NCBI GenBank assembly: GCA_964016885.1
Contig: OZ024755.1
Coordinates: 36,704,001 to 36,768,000 of the forward strand
Origin: Eledone cirrhosa
Lineage: Eukaryota
Length of the DNA: 64,000 nucleotides
Direction of reading: 5' to 3'
A program made the translations under genes and the position numbers. The notes beneath the pieces are model-generated. The model was not told where the DNA came from. It searched no databases and was given only the letters and a program-made list of their open reading frames with translations. Numbering within the stretch: the first letter of the stretch is position 1; each line of letters begins with the position of its first letter. Shown here one piece after another: positions 39,514-59,459 of the stretch.

Positions 39514-40109
39514 TATGTATACTTAAAAATAAACGGAAGAGTACAAAATTGTCTTTAAAAACTAAACTATTTTACGTTTTATTTTTCGAATACCGGAAAT
39601 TTTATACGATTTTTATTTCGTTACAATTGAATGCAATAGAAAAGAATTGTGTATATATATAGAGCGATTTCTACGGATTCAAACTGTATGAGGAAAAGCA
39701 AAAGTAAAGCGGATTTGTATCAAACGTTGATAGATGTCAGTGTAAAAATAAATGTTTCCTACTTGAGATTTGTTCACAGCAGACATTTGTGGATGAAGGT
39801 AATTTAAAGAAAAAAAAAAGAAAAACATCATACGTACTACATAAACATAGAAGTCTAGCAAGGAAATAAAAAACAATTGCGTTATTAGGTTTCTGTGTTT
39901 AAGATTCAGAACGTTTGTGTGGACAACTAAAGAAAACTATGTTGAAATGTCGAATAGAAGGAATAGATTGAAAGGAAACTTTGTAGTTCTGCTCACAGAC
40001 AAGGTGAACAAGTATCACACTATTTTCTCTCATCAGTCTTCATTCTGTGTATATTTCTGTGTCCCTATATAACTATCTAGTTATGGACTTATGTAAGTGT
40101 TATGTAAAG

Positions 40110-40480
40110 TCCATAATATACGAAGCACAGATCAACTACACAAACGCCAACAAGCCGGAGGCCCGTGCAAAATATGTAAGTAGGCTCCTGGACCGATGTA
40201 AGCAAAGGTCCTACTTACACTTCTCCTCATTTAGATATCGTGACATGAAAACCACCACAGCTGGCAAAAAGTGTCTGGCAACTAAACGAAAAAGGGATAC
40301 CGTATGACATTACATGGAAAGTAATGGAAAATACCACGCCATACGTAACGGAAGGAAGAGATTCCCGCTCTGCTCCAGCAAGACGTTTAGGAGGTAGCAG
40401 GTTTTATACTCGCCGAAAACATACCTAAACTCCAAAATGGAGGTCTATAGACATTGTTTGCATCGCCTACCTCTTATACA
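40110..40480 (+). pseudogene. Decayed PLE GIY-YIG C-terminal fragment
   Basis: KQRSYLHFSSFR..TT then (frameshift) VWQLNEKGIPYDITWKVM..PY, parallels 37500-37760. Confidence 0.55.
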
Positions 40481-40587
40481 ACTGGAGGTTCATACAGCAA
40501 GATGCTCTCTCACCTGACCTGCTAAGTCCTCATCATAAGTACCCCCCCCCTGTTACCTTCCAACGAACACACCACAACCACACTAAA

Positions 40588-40693
40588 TAATTGTCTCTAC
40601 TTTAGGCACAAGGCCAGCAATTACCCAGTACATTACTGGTACTTTATTTTATCGACCCCGTAAGGATGAAAGGCAAAGTTAACCTCGGCGGGA
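40588..40693 (-). mobile_element. SINE family 1, 5'-truncated
   Basis: Core match. Confidence 0.85.
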
Positions 40694-41482
40694 TAATAAT
40701 AGTCTGCCGAAGGAGGGTTTAGTATTACAATATTACACTGCAACCTAATTATCACACATACAATCAAACTTTTACATAATTGGAGATTAATTATTGAAGA
40801 ATTATTAGAGGAGGTATACATATTTTTAATATTTTAAATATTTTATTTTAAGTGTTTGCTATCTAGCTGATAAGCCAGATTAGAAATAGCCATTTATAAC
40901 ACCAAATTTGACTACCTTGATTCTCCAAAAGTTAACATTCTGCAATTACCATCAGAAGCGATCTCATTCAAGGGGGTTAAAGGTTTTAGATAATTAGCAC
41001 GCAACTCATACCACACGCATACTACACACTTTAAGGCTGACAGTTCAAACACTCTGGAATTACCTCCCTTGTTTCCAACATGAACCTCTCCTCAATTTAG
41101 AAGCTAAAGGAATTTCATTTTTCGCATTTATTTCCAAGTGCCCGATGAGGGCCCAGTTTGGAAGAGCTCCCTCCACTATACAGTATTTATGTATGCTATT
41201 CTAGACTAAGAAAACCCCACAAACTCTTCATATATGCTCAAAGGATAAAGTTAAAAACTGTATATCATAATATAATAAAGGGAGGAGTGCGGGACTGTAT
41301 CCTGAATATATTTTTTTATGCCGTTTGTAAAATAAGTTGGATTACTTTGAATAAATAATGAATGAATATTACATAATTTATCTACTAAATTTCATAACTT
41401 TTGATTAAACACAAATAATTTTATTGCTTATTTCAAGATTCACTTTTTTTAAATTTTCAAATGTCAACACTCCCGGTTAGCG

Positions 41483-41610
41483 TAGCCCTTGCCATTCTGT
41501 GTTCAAATCCCGCCGAGGTTAACTTTGCCTTTCATCCTTACGGGGTCGATAAAATAAAGTACCAGTAATGCACTGGGTAATTGCTGGCCTTGTGCCAAAA
41601 GTAGAAACAA
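41483..41610 (+). mobile_element. SINE family 1, 5'-truncated
   Basis: B box and core match. Confidence 0.85.
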
Positions 41611-42254
41611 TTATATTATAACATTTATATAAACGTTCATATATTTGCATTGTTATATCATAACGTTTATATTTCCGTCACTAATTTTCTCCTTTTTCGT
41701 TTTCATTACATTTCACCCTAATGCAGTTTATATATAATATCGTCTATTTTAAATGTAACAGGGACTACTTTACTGATTACAGAAGACAGTGTAACACAGT
41801 CTTCGCTCAATTTCTGTGTATATTCTCAATTACGATTTTATTTGACATATCATATCTACATGCATTATATATTTGCATATAATATCAATATACACACTAC
41901 ACATGCTAGAAGGGTAGTTTTCTGCTAGTTAATATATTTTTCGAAGAATACATTTTTTTTTATTATTTTCTATCTTTATTACATATCGCCGTCTTTTCTA
42001 AACATGGAATGGGTGGGCAGAGGGCAAGCCTCAGATTTGCCCAGCCTCAAAGATACTAGCTTCTTAAAAAAAAATCTAGAATAGATTTGGTGAGCAGCTT
42101 TTTCAAGCAAATCGTTTCCGATTCTAACATTTTAAGATACAACAGAATTATATGAAATAGATGTAGATGTGACCATATTAGGAAGTAGAGTGAAGGGGAG
42201 TAGGGAAAGAGAGGAAAAGATAGAGAGATGGAGGGATGTAGATAGATAGATAGC

Positions 42255-42285
<31 letters not shown>

Positions 42286-42308
42286 TGAGAGTGGGGTAGA
42301 AGATAGAA

Positions 42309-42358
<50 letters not shown>

Positions 42359-42499
42359 GAGGGATAGAAGATAAAGATAAAGAGAGATTCCCAGATACAA
42401 TACTGCGTAGTTTCCCGATTTGTTTAGCTTCCCGAAATGTTTTTAATATGAAGAAGAAAGTTTTAGTAGTACATTTTGAATTCTTCTTAGCTTAGATAA

Positions 42500-42678
42500 T
42501 AATTGTTTCTACTTTAGGCACAAGGCCAGCAATTACCCAGTACATTACTGGTACTTTATTTTATCCGTAAGGATGAAAGGCAAAGTTAACCTCGGCGGGA
42601 TTTGAACTCAGAATGTAAAGGGACGTAACTATGCTAGAAAGCATGGCGTCCAACCCTCTACCGATACTGCCAATTCAC
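42500..42678 (-). mobile_element. SINE family 1
   Basis: Consensus match with a small core deletion. Confidence 0.9.
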
Positions 42679-43366
42679 AAGGAATAATAAGGAATCCAAC
42701 GTCCTTGAAGAGTAATTGTAAGTTGGTTCCTTTAAAATTCTGATCTCTATGATTACTCTTTTTCAACAGCAGAAGAAATTCGTCTTGGAATAGACCTACA
42801 TCTAAGAAACGGAATTCAGGCTAACGTTATTTTCATTTAGAATAATGTATCGTTATCACCATTGACTACTGTAACTTTCGCGACCATGCTTATATCAAAT
42901 AGAGTGTGGTTTGATTCTTAAAATCCATATGGCTTCATGATGTTTCATATTCATATCGCTTGCGACTGTAATAATATCAATACAATATTCTTTGAAATTG
43001 TAAACGGTATAGGGAAGCCAATCAAAGTATTAAAGCGAGAGAAAATCACAGAAACAACACACATATATTTTTGTAAACCTTTGGTATAACTTTGTGAATC
43101 CTCACAGATGCAGAAATCTCTATCTAATATCTTTGGCATGAAAGACAATGGAACACGAGGTGAAAACACGTTTAGTCTTCGAAAACTCATGAAATATTGC
43201 ATATGCCACATTATTGCTAACTGTTAGAAAATGTTCTACAGATAGAAAATCCTCGAGTGGAAATAAAGAATGATATTACAATATATGTTCGTGTTATATA
43301 TCCTTGCTTTATTTGCTTTCAGAAACCTGAATTATGCTAAAAAAGTCGAAAAGAAGAGGGCTAAAC

Positions 43367-43657
43367 CAGGTATGGGCAACCTTTTTCGAGAAGCGGGTCG
43401 CATGAGATATGGCTCATCATCAGGCGGGCCGCAAGCACTAATTTACATTCGTGCCCACATTTAAAAAAAGAGCGGTAACTCAGGTTGTTTTGATTTGTTT
43501 CTTCAGAATTCGTACACGTTGTTTTCCTCGATCGTAAAAGTGATAGAAAGATAAATTACGACTGAAAAGTTGGGGTAAAAAAATCAGAAAGATTTTACTT
43601 GGGTGACTTAGGCGAGATATTCAGAAAGCTTTGCGGGCTGCAGGTTTCCCATGACTG
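43367..43657 (+). mobile_element. hAT (Charlie-like) MITE with 8-bp TSD GGCTAAAC
   Basis: TIRs CAGGTATGGGCAACCT / AGGTTTCCCATGACTG; TSD 43359-43366 / 43658-43665. Confidence 0.9.
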
Positions 43658-44232
43658 GGCTAAACCATGCCTTATGTCCCAATCTGAACATAACTTAAAT
43701 CCTCCCCATCACAACAAGTATCCATTGTTCAAGTTAAATATATTTTAGATAATCAGGCATCTGCAATGACAGAAGATAAAGAGGGACACAATACGAAAAA
43801 TATTCGCATTTAACCCAGATCGGGATTTAGGCATATTCCTTCCTTAAGCAATAGAGAAATACCACAATACAAAATCTTGAAGATTTAACCCCCAAAATAG
43901 GTATAGAAGGCTTGGGGAATAGATGTACCTTAGCATTCCCTAAAATTTACATCGATATGTAACACAATTCTCAAATTACAAAAGAAGTCTAAACGTCCAA
44001 CAAAGCCAAAGTGAATACGGATAACATAACTAAAATATCCTCCTCACATAACATCAAATATTAAAACCTAAATCATTCTTAATATCACTCACCACATCCA
44101 CTCATTCAACTCTCCAAGTTTTACCCTGCACTCAAATCACCGCTCTCATGTTACGTGGTTAGATTTGAGCATGAGACTATATTTGATAACTTTAACAACA
44201 ATAAAGAAACACACCACCGTAACTCCATAATT

Positions 44233-44737
44233 CAGATACTACAGACGATCAAATGCTACAGACGATCAGATACAGACGATCAAATACTACAGACGATCAG
44301 ATACTACAGACGATCAAATACAGACGATCAAATACTACAGACGATAAAATACTATAGATAATCAAATTCTACAGACGATCAAATACTACAGACGATCAAA
44401 TACTACAGCCGATCAAATACAGACGATCAAATACTACAGACGATCACATTCTACAGACAATCAAATACAGACGATCAAATACTACAGACGATCAAATTCT
44501 ACAGACGATCAAATACTACAGACGATCAAATATTACAGACGATCAAATCCAGACGATCAAATACCACAGACGATCACATTCTACAGACAATCAAATACAG
44601 ACGATCAAATACTATAGACGATCAAATTCTACAGACAATCAAATACAGACGATCAAAAACAGACGATCAGATGCTACACACGATCAAATACTATAGACGA
44701 TCAAATACTACAGACGATCAAGTACTACAGACGATCA
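44233..44737. repeat. 17-bp (with 14-bp variant) minisatellite TACTACAGACGATCAAA
   Basis: Direct reading, about 30 units. Confidence 0.95.
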
Positions 44738-44804
44738 TTAGATCGTCATTTAAATATATATCGTCATTGAAATATATATCACAGCATTATTATTAAAGGA
44801 CTTG

Positions 44805-44979
44805 GTGGCAGTATCGGTAGAGGGTTTGACGCCATGCTTTCCAGCATAGTTACGTCCCTTTATGATCTGAGTTCAAATCCCGCCGAGGTTGACTTTGCCT
44901 TTCATCCTTACGGGGTCGATAAAATAAAGTACCAGTAATGCACTGGGTAATTGCTGGCCTTGTGCCTAAAGTAGAAACA
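44805..44979 (+). mobile_element. SINE family 1 with 19-bp TSD ATTATTATTAAAGGACTTG
   Basis: TSD 44786-44804 / 44980-44998. Confidence 0.92.
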
Positions 44980-45241
44980 ATTATTATTAAAGGACTTGAA
45001 CATCTGAAACTACTTCGCTTTTCCTTATTCGATATTTACTCCGTCACTCCTATGTGGAAAAAGTACGTTGAGTGCTTGAATTGAATTGCATCAATGTTTA
45101 CCCTAATATATATATATATATATATATCGTTTCTGAATTTGTTTAGCAAGATTCTTTATCTGAAATCGTGTGTTGAAACCGATATTGTTATACTTTGGGA
45201 GGGTCATGTTGCCAATAAGAAACATGACCCTCCCAAAGTAT

Positions 45242-45306
<65 letters not shown>

Positions 45307-45307
45307 T

Positions 45308-45771
<464 letters not shown>

Positions 45772-46091
45772 GTCATATTCACATGACCTCTACCGACCAA
45801 TCAAAATTGTTTTGACCACAAGAATTTTTGCAACACCAAAGTAGCGCTGGAGCCACTTTTTTAACATAAAAACAAGTAGAATTCCCAAAACTAATCAGAT
45901 CAGAGCAAACAACACGGACACTCTATCTCAAAATTATTTTTGAAAAGCATTTAGAAATGCGCAACCGGTAAAAACTTAAAAACTTAAAACCACAACTGAA
46001 TACTAACCCATACAATTACTAATACTCTTTTATTCCTAATTAAACCATTTTTCAACTGTGAACAATTTGTCAGCATTTTCTATTCCGTTTA

Positions 46092-46142
<51 letters not shown>

Positions 46143-46263
46143 CGAAGGAAATATGGTAAGGAACCAGGTGGACCATAACGTACCAAAGTACTCAATACTT
46201 AGGGTAGGAGAGTGGGTATATATATATATACATGTATATATATATATACATGTATATATATAT

Positions 46264-46294
<31 letters not shown>

Positions 46295-46319
46295 CAGTTT
46301 TTTCCGTTGTGTTGTAATA

Positions 46320-46445
46320 TAATGAATGTGTCTAAAAACGTCCATAAGTATGTATATATATGTGAAAATGTATATAAATAAGTAAATATATATATATGTT
46401 TGATGTGTATAGTTAGATGTAAGTGTATTCATGTATTAAAGTGCT

Positions 46446-46494
<49 letters not shown>

Positions 46495-47281
46495 GTATGT
46501 GTATATATATGTATATATATATATATATATGTATATATATGTATATGTATATATGTATATATATATGTGTATGTATGTATGTGTATATGGATGTGTATGT
46601 ATGTGTATGTGTGTACACATGGACTAGAGTATGTATGTATATATGTGTGTGTCTATACGTGTGTATATATAAAGATAAGTTGAGTATGAAAATGTACACA
46701 CATGAGCGCGTATGTATGTACATGAATACATGTGTGTATATATATGTGTATGCATGTGTATATATATGTAAGTATGAATATGTGAATTGTGAGTATATGT
46801 ATTTTGTAGAGGTGTGCAAATATATTTGTGTGTGAATGCGTGGGTGAAAGAATACGTACACTTGAAAGAAAAATTTAAGTCTGAATGTTAAGTGCAAACA
46901 CAAAACCAACCACGCATATCTTTACTATCTCTAATCCTTCTATAGATTTAGAAAAATAACCAATAATATATTCTATAAAAAATGTCAAAACAACAGATGG
47001 GAATCTAATTAATCACTGCCACCAAGAATTCTCACTGCTATCGAAAAACCACTCCTTCAACTATTCTTCTAACAACTTCACCCCTTCCTCCTAATATTCT
47101 CTATAAAAACTAAATAGGTCCTCAGTAATATTATTCTGATGAAATGACAGTAAACAATAACATTGAAATATTGAATGTCTGCATAACTAAAAGTTTGTAG
47201 ATAGCTGTTTTAGGTTATGTAACTGTTATAGAAACACGTGTCAATAAATTCCTTTCAACTAAACTGTATCCATTCAAATCT

Positions 47282-47285
<4 letters not shown>
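46320..47285 (+). mobile_element. PLE 3' UTR/pLTR, inverted twin of 47525-48500
   Basis: About 1-kb arms with scattered substitutions and microsatellite length differences. Confidence 0.85.
47131..47247 (+). ncRNA. Hammerhead ribozyme with long stem II (mirror copy 47564-47680, minus)
   Basis: TTATT-CTGATGA-ATGACAGT..ACTGTTAT-GAAA-CACGTG-TC-AATAA; GUC triplet. Confidence 0.8.
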
Positions 47286-47323
<38 letters not shown>

Positions 47324-47345
47324 ATATATATATATACATGTATAT

Positions 47346-50497
<3,152 letters not shown>

Positions 50498-50500
50498 TAT

Positions 50501-50574
<74 letters not shown>

Positions 50575-50584
50575 ATATATATAT

Positions 50585-50670
<86 letters not shown>

Positions 50671-50680
50671 ATATATATAT

Positions 50681-50829
<149 letters not shown>

Positions 50830-51060
50830 GAAAGTAAACAACATATTATAACTACTCCATTACCATAGGTTTCAGGCAGAACCCAAGACACTATTAACAC
50901 ACGTCTAGTTTGATCATCAGATGAAAAGTTATAAAGACTTATAACTTTTATTGTTATATTGTGTTGTTTACTTTCTAATTAAATAGCTCTGTATTGTACA
51001 TAGAGTACTCTTTTTTCCTTCGCTTTTTCTTCAGAAATATTTAACACACACACACACATT

Positions 51061-51103
<43 letters not shown>

Positions 51104-51104
51104 A

Positions 51105-51152
<48 letters not shown>

Positions 51153-51208
51153 TGTGTGTATTTGTGTGTGTGTGTGTGTATTTGTGTGTGTGAGTGAGTA
51201 TGCGTGTA

Positions 51209-51249
<41 letters not shown>

Positions 51250-51576
51250 TTGTGTGTGTGTGCGCGCGTGTGTGTGAGTGAGTATGTGTGTATTTGTGTG
51301 TGTGTGTGTGTCTATATCACGCAATATTTGTGTGTACGTGTATGTAAGCCATTGATTAAGGAACCGTAAAATGAAACATTAATGTGTACTTGTGTACGCG
51401 CGTGTCTTATCCTGTGTGTATTTACGTTTGTGTACTCGTACACGTACGTGTTCATGTGTATGTAAGTTATGTACTTGCATATTTAAGTGTGTATATACAC
51501 ACATTTATATATGTGTGTGAGTGTATGTGTGACAATGTGTGTCTGATGCTATTTTACACCTACATCAAATTCTGTT

Positions 51577-51644
<68 letters not shown>

Positions 51645-51808
51645 CACACACACATATATATGTATATATATATGGGTGTGTGTGTATATAATATATATAT
51701 ATAGAGATATATATAGGTGTAAATGATTGGCAGTGAAACATATGTAATATGTAATTAAATATGTAAATGATACAAAACTGATTCTTTGTTCCTTTTTGAT
51801 TTTACATG

Positions 51809-51845
<37 letters not shown>

Positions 51846-52984
51846 TTCTGTTTCTCATTCAATTATAGTTCTTAATTTTGCTAATATTCATTACCATAAC
51901 AAAACTTTCATAATTAAAGTATGAGTAATATTTTCGACACATATTTTATTTTGATCTTTTGCAAACATATCTCCAATTGATATCCCATAACTGTATTTCA
52001 TAGATAAATCACCATCCATCGAAATTATATTTTGGTATAAAATTTTACGCAACATTTATTAATATCTCATATATTGTTCCCTTTCTGTCGTGTAATTCAT
52101 AAATGTGAGTTTTGTACAGTAAAATCTATTCAAAACGGGCCATTACAAAAATAGGAAAATAATATTTTTCCTATGACCAGAAAATGCTATTTTTTTTATT
52201 ACGAATTAAAATCCTAATAATGTTATTTTTCTTGTCCATGAAAAATTATTACTTTAGGATATCAAATTAACAAGAGCCATGAAAAAAGAAATGTGTTATT
52301 GTCTGAAAAAATATATCGAGCTGGTTTCGATCCATGTTGAAACCGTTTGTGATCATTAATATGACATGGCATCAATAATTCATGTGAGTTTTAGAAAATA
52401 TATTGCTTTCTCAGGCGGCAAATCAATGTTCTGAGTATTCTTTTCTTGTGCTAATAGTTGAAATTTCTACACTAGAAAACGGCAATATGGTCCAAGGGAA
52501 TGGAACATCAGATATTAGTAAGTTTATCAAATGTTTTCTGGGATTAAGTACACCAATTATAGTATTACCAATTTTATAAGGACAATTTAACTTCGATGTC
52601 GATTTTACAAAATAATATTTACAACTTTTTACTGGGCATATTAACACTTTTCCTTTTATGTTTTCCTGATGTAGGGCAAATGCCCGATACGTTAACTGTG
52701 AAACTCACTCCCTTCCTTTAAAACATGACACTAATATGACTGTATATTAATGCATCCTCTTGTTTGTGCGTTTCTTGTTTCCTTGATATATATATATATC
52801 GTTACTTTGGTATATTATTGTGTGTTAGATTTTGCCTACCACAATGTACGATTTGTCAAGCTATTTAAACGTATGTTATTACTCTAAGGACCTAACTTAT
52901 CGAGTGCTTTGCTAACTCATCATTTCATATAAGTAGGCCGAATTTGCTTGCAAACCGCCAGAGATTCGATTTTACTAAATTTCC

Positions 52985-53972
<988 letters not shown>

Positions 53973-54443
53973 CAAAAGCATGTATTGAGTTAGAAACTTA
54001 AAATAGTCTCATTACAGTAAAATTAGCTCTAGGAAAAAGGTTTTTCCGAGCCGTATAGTATAACTGAACAAAAAAGAAAAACGAACACAGACATATACAT
54101 GTATGCGTTCAAATCGTAATGGACCAGAAATGCTAAGGTGAAAAAAATACTAGCTACAGACAATAGGGTTTGTTAGACTCAATTTAAATCAAGAAAAATA
54201 AATACAAATCAGTATTGTGGTAACTACCCATCACCCGGACGGTTTTTGATGGAACCGTTTCGCAATATTATTTGTGAAGAGGTATATCAAATTCTTAGCT
54301 CATCAACGGGTGAAGAATTAGAATCCTGATGACTTCTAAATAAAATAAAGAACTGGATAGTGTGTGTATATGCAACGCACATGGTTTCCGAACTTAGCGC
54401 CTCGCGCAGACTCACGTCACTAAAAATAGCAGCCGGGTCTACA

Positions 54444-54498
<55 letters not shown>

Positions 54499-54502
<4 letters not shown>

Positions 54503-54847
54503 GACAAACATAGAATATTCGAAAATATTCTGTATGTTTATAATAAACATTTTGAAGACCCAATCGCTATAGAATAGAATACGTCACGTATTACAATTTG
54601 AGATTCTCGATAAAAGTAAGGGAAGTAATCTACGCGTTTCATTCTTGTTAGAAATCTTCAGGATTACATATCCAATACTTTTATCGAGAACGACACAGCT
54701 AGAGACTTATAGAATACTTAGCTGTGTACAGGAACTGGTTTGATAGAGCGATTGGGTCTTCAAAATGTTTATTATAAACATACAGAATATTTTCGAATAT
54801 TCTATGTTTGTCTTCACATATATATCGCTATTTCAGAGCATTAAATC

Positions 54848-54850
<3 letters not shown>
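54499..54850 (-). mobile_element. Diverged family R1 copy with inverted segment; HHR at 54625-54667
   Basis: Minus strand GTAATC-CTGAAGA-TTTCT AACA AGAAT-GAAA-CGCG-TA-GATTAC; 54748-54850 is inverted and spans the monomer junction. Confidence 0.9.
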
Positions 54851-54899
<49 letters not shown>

Positions 54900-55386
54900 C
54901 AGATACATGTATATAAAGTTCAAGGAAACGACAAACAGATGTACAAAAAGTGTTATTAGTTTCACGCTTTATATGGAAAGGGAGGGGGCGGGGGTGGAGT
55001 TCAACGTGCCGGGCCTTGGCCCTTCTTCAGGAATACAAAAATAGAGACAGGATCACAAAAGATGCATACAGAAAATAAAAGGTAGTCCGAGTAAATAAAA
55101 ACAATAAAAAAAAACCCAAATGTATACATATGTGAGTGTGTGAGTGTGTGTGTATGTGAGTGTGTGAGTGTGAGTGTGTGTGTAATAGAAAAAAAGGGGG
55201 TGGGGAGAGAAAGTGACTGGGAATGATAAATAACATGCAATAACATAAACTCATCCTTTTTACCATTTGATTACACAATATATTATGGCCAAGGATTTGA
55301 ACAACAGTATCAATAATATTAAAACTATTTTTAATATTTAGTTTAGTTTTGTTGTTATATATTTTTAAGATGATTAATCTTCGCTC

Positions 55387-55458
<72 letters not shown>

Positions 55459-55606
55459 GAAAATATAGAAATTATTGTGAGCAAGAAGCCAACAGTATTT
55501 CATAATATATAGTACCATAATATAAAGTACCAGTAATGCACTGGGTAATTGCTGGCTTTGTGCCTAAAGTAGAAACAAGTATTTCATAATATATTTGGTG
55601 CCTTAT

Positions 55607-55646
<40 letters not shown>

Positions 55647-55726
55647 ATAATAATAAATTTGAAGACTAAAATCCAAAGAGGGCTCGATAAGGATAAATAT
55701 ATATCAAATATATATATGCATATGTA

Positions 55727-55796
<70 letters not shown>

Positions 55797-55903
55797 TAGA
55801 TGTATATGTATGTACATATATATGTATATATGTATATATATATATACATATATATATATGTACATACATATACATCTACCTATATATATATGTATATGTA
55901 TAC

Positions 55904-56298
<395 letters not shown>

Positions 56299-56356
56299 TA
56301 CTTTCCCTCGTGTAGGACACCCCGTTTTTTTTTTTCATTTTGTAAAAAAACCTCAC

Positions 56357-56388
<32 letters not shown>

Positions 56389-56475
56389 GCAAAAGTTTTA
56401 TTTAAAATTGTTGGGTTACAACAAGTAAATATTTTATAACTGATATAAAGCACTCGACAAGTTTTTGGAGTAGAT

Positions 56476-56690
56476 ATACGATATTAAACAAATGGAAACT
56501 ATATTTATAAAACCATATTTATTTCATTATACATATTTCGGGGATACCATATTAAAAATATGGCATGCCTTAGTCAGATAAAATACAATATATAATATAT
56601 AAACAGTTTTTTAATATGGTATCCCCGAAATATGTATAATGAAATAAATATGGTTTTATAAATATAGTTTCCATTTGTTTAATATCGTAT
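56476..56690. mobile_element. Fold-back module of the 13052 family, degenerate HHR (-) about 56520-56586
   Basis: Minus strand TATTTTAT-CTGACTA-..-GAAA-TATGTA-TA-ATGAAATA; inverted arms 56476-56558 / 56608-56690. Confidence 0.6.
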
Positions 56691-56834
56691 ATATATATAT
56701 ATATAGGAAAATATTTAACCCCAACGGCAGAGCTCAAGCCGTTTCGATGACTATTTCAGTCCAGAAATAGCCGTCAAAACGGCTGGAGCTCTGCCGTCGG
56801 GGTTAAACATTTACCTATACACATATATATATAT

Positions 56835-56955
<121 letters not shown>

Positions 56956-57139
56956 GGAATTCACTTTGTATGAAATATGGCAATATTTCATTAGTGCTGA
57001 AATAAATGTATTGCTGTAGAATATCACATGTGAAGATGTCTTTTCGAAGTATGTATTGTTTAATATTATGTTGCTACCATTCTTGGACTGTTGTAGTTGT
57101 TTTTCTGACTTTGTTTTTGTATGTGTGTGTGTGTTTTGT

Positions 57140-57146
<7 letters not shown>

Positions 57147-57197
<51 letters not shown>

Positions 57198-57264
57198 CTT
57201 TCTTTCTCTCTCTCCCTCTTTTTCTTCCTTTCTTTCTTTCTTCCTTTATTCCCCCTCTCTCTTT

Positions 57265-57342
<78 letters not shown>

Positions 57343-57408
57343 CTTTCTTTCTCTCTCTCCCTCTTTTTCTTCCTTTCTTTCTTTCTTCCTTTATTCCTCC
57401 TCTCTCTT

Positions 57409-57477
<69 letters not shown>

Positions 57478-57478
57478 T

Positions 57479-57516
<38 letters not shown>

Positions 57517-57910
57517 TCTCTCTCTCTCTCTACCTCTCTCTCTCATCACTTAGTCTCTCTCCCTCTCTTTCCTCTCTCTCTCTTTCCCCCTCTCTCACCC
57601 CTTACTCTCTCTCTCCTCTCTTTCTCCTTCCTTATTATCTCTCTCCTCTCTCTCTCCTTCCTTATTATCTCTCTCTTTCTTCTCTCTCATCCCTTAGTCT
57701 TTCTCTATTTCCCCCCTCTCTCATCCCTCTCTATCTCACCCCTTATTCTCACTCTTTTCCCTCTCTCTCTCTCACCTCTTACTCTCTCTCTTTCCTCTCT
57801 CTCACACCACTTACTCTCTCGCTCTTTCCCTCTCTGTCATCCCTTACTCTCTCTCTCTCTCTTTCCCTCTCTCTACACATCCTCTTTCTTTTCTTCATTT
57901 TCCCTCTGAT
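57147..57910. repeat. CT/TA compound low-complexity tract with an internal duplication
   Basis: Direct reading. Confidence 0.9.
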
Positions 57911-57964
57911 TCACATAAAATAGGATAAAATTTGTAGATAGCCAATTACTTAAATTGATCTCGA

Positions 57965-58006
<42 letters not shown>

Positions 58007-58021
58007 TATATATATATATAT

Positions 58022-58138
<117 letters not shown>

Positions 58139-58183
58139 AATCTCTCTCTATCTCTCTTTCTATATATATATATTTTTTATCGG

Positions 58184-58234
<51 letters not shown>

Positions 58235-58979
58235 TTATCTATTTATTTATTTATATTGGACGAACATTTACAGAACGTCCATATTGCTATGGTTACTTGA
58301 CTGTATAAATTAATGTCTAGTTAAATGTAGTTTTATATATATATAGTTTTATGCATGATTCAATGTCACGTTTTAATATGCCGGAATATACATTTTCTCA
58401 CATAAACAGTGGTGCGCTTGTGCGCGGAGATTCTATAAGATACCTTACAATATAGGGTGAAACCCTTAAAGACGGCAAAAGACATTACTATCGGCCGCTC
58501 CTAGGAATTTTGTAGCGGCCGGTGGCGACTTAATTTTTCGTCTTTCTTCTATCTATTCGCTCCCCCTCTCTCTCATCCCTTATTTTCTCTCTCTTTCCCC
58601 CTCTCTCTCATCCCTTATTCTCTCTCTCTTTCCCTCCCCCTCTCATCCCTTATTCTCTCTCTCTTTTCCCCTCTCTCTCTCTCTCTCTCTCTCTCATCTC
58701 TTATCCTCTCTCTCATCCCTTATTCTCTCTTTCTTTTCCCCTCTCTCTCTCTCATCCCTTATTATCTCTCTCTATTTTACCCCTCTCTCATCCCTTATTC
58801 TCTCTCACATCCCTTATTCTCTCTCTCTTCCCTTAAAAACGGAAAAAGACGTTACCATTGGCCTCTGCTAGGAATTTCGTAGTGGCCGATGACGACATAA
58901 TTTTTCGTCTTTAAGGGTTTTCCCCCTATTTTATAATCAATGTTATAGCTTCTCCGCTAATAAACAAACCACTTATAAT

Positions 58980-59153
58980 AATTGTTTCTATTTTAGGCAC
59001 AAGGCCAGCAATTACCCAGTACATTACTGGTACTTTATTTTATCGACCCCGTAAGGATGAAAGGCAAAGTTAACCTCGACCGGATTTGAACTCAGATCGT
59101 AAAGGGACGTAACTATGCTGGAAAGCATGTCCGACGCTCTACCGATACTGCCA
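58980..59153 (-). mobile_element. SINE family 1
   Basis: Reverse complement of family consensus. Confidence 0.9.
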
Positions 59154-59459
59154 AATCATCAATAATGTTACCCCCCTCAGCGTTTCGTAATGTCCAAGTG
59201 ATCGGCTACGTATATCTTATATATTTCAATATATGTTATAATACATTCATCAATGTATGTTTTACTATTCAACTACTTGGCCCCATGTCATCAAAAATGA
59301 CGGCTAATTGTAATATCTATACATAATATAAATGTTTGTTTGTTGGTTGGTTGGTTCCTTCGCACTCACTCACATAAGTGATACAAACACACAAACACAC
59401 AACTGTGAGGAATTTCACCCCTCCTTCCTCAGTCATCATATAGATGTGTGTGTATTAGA

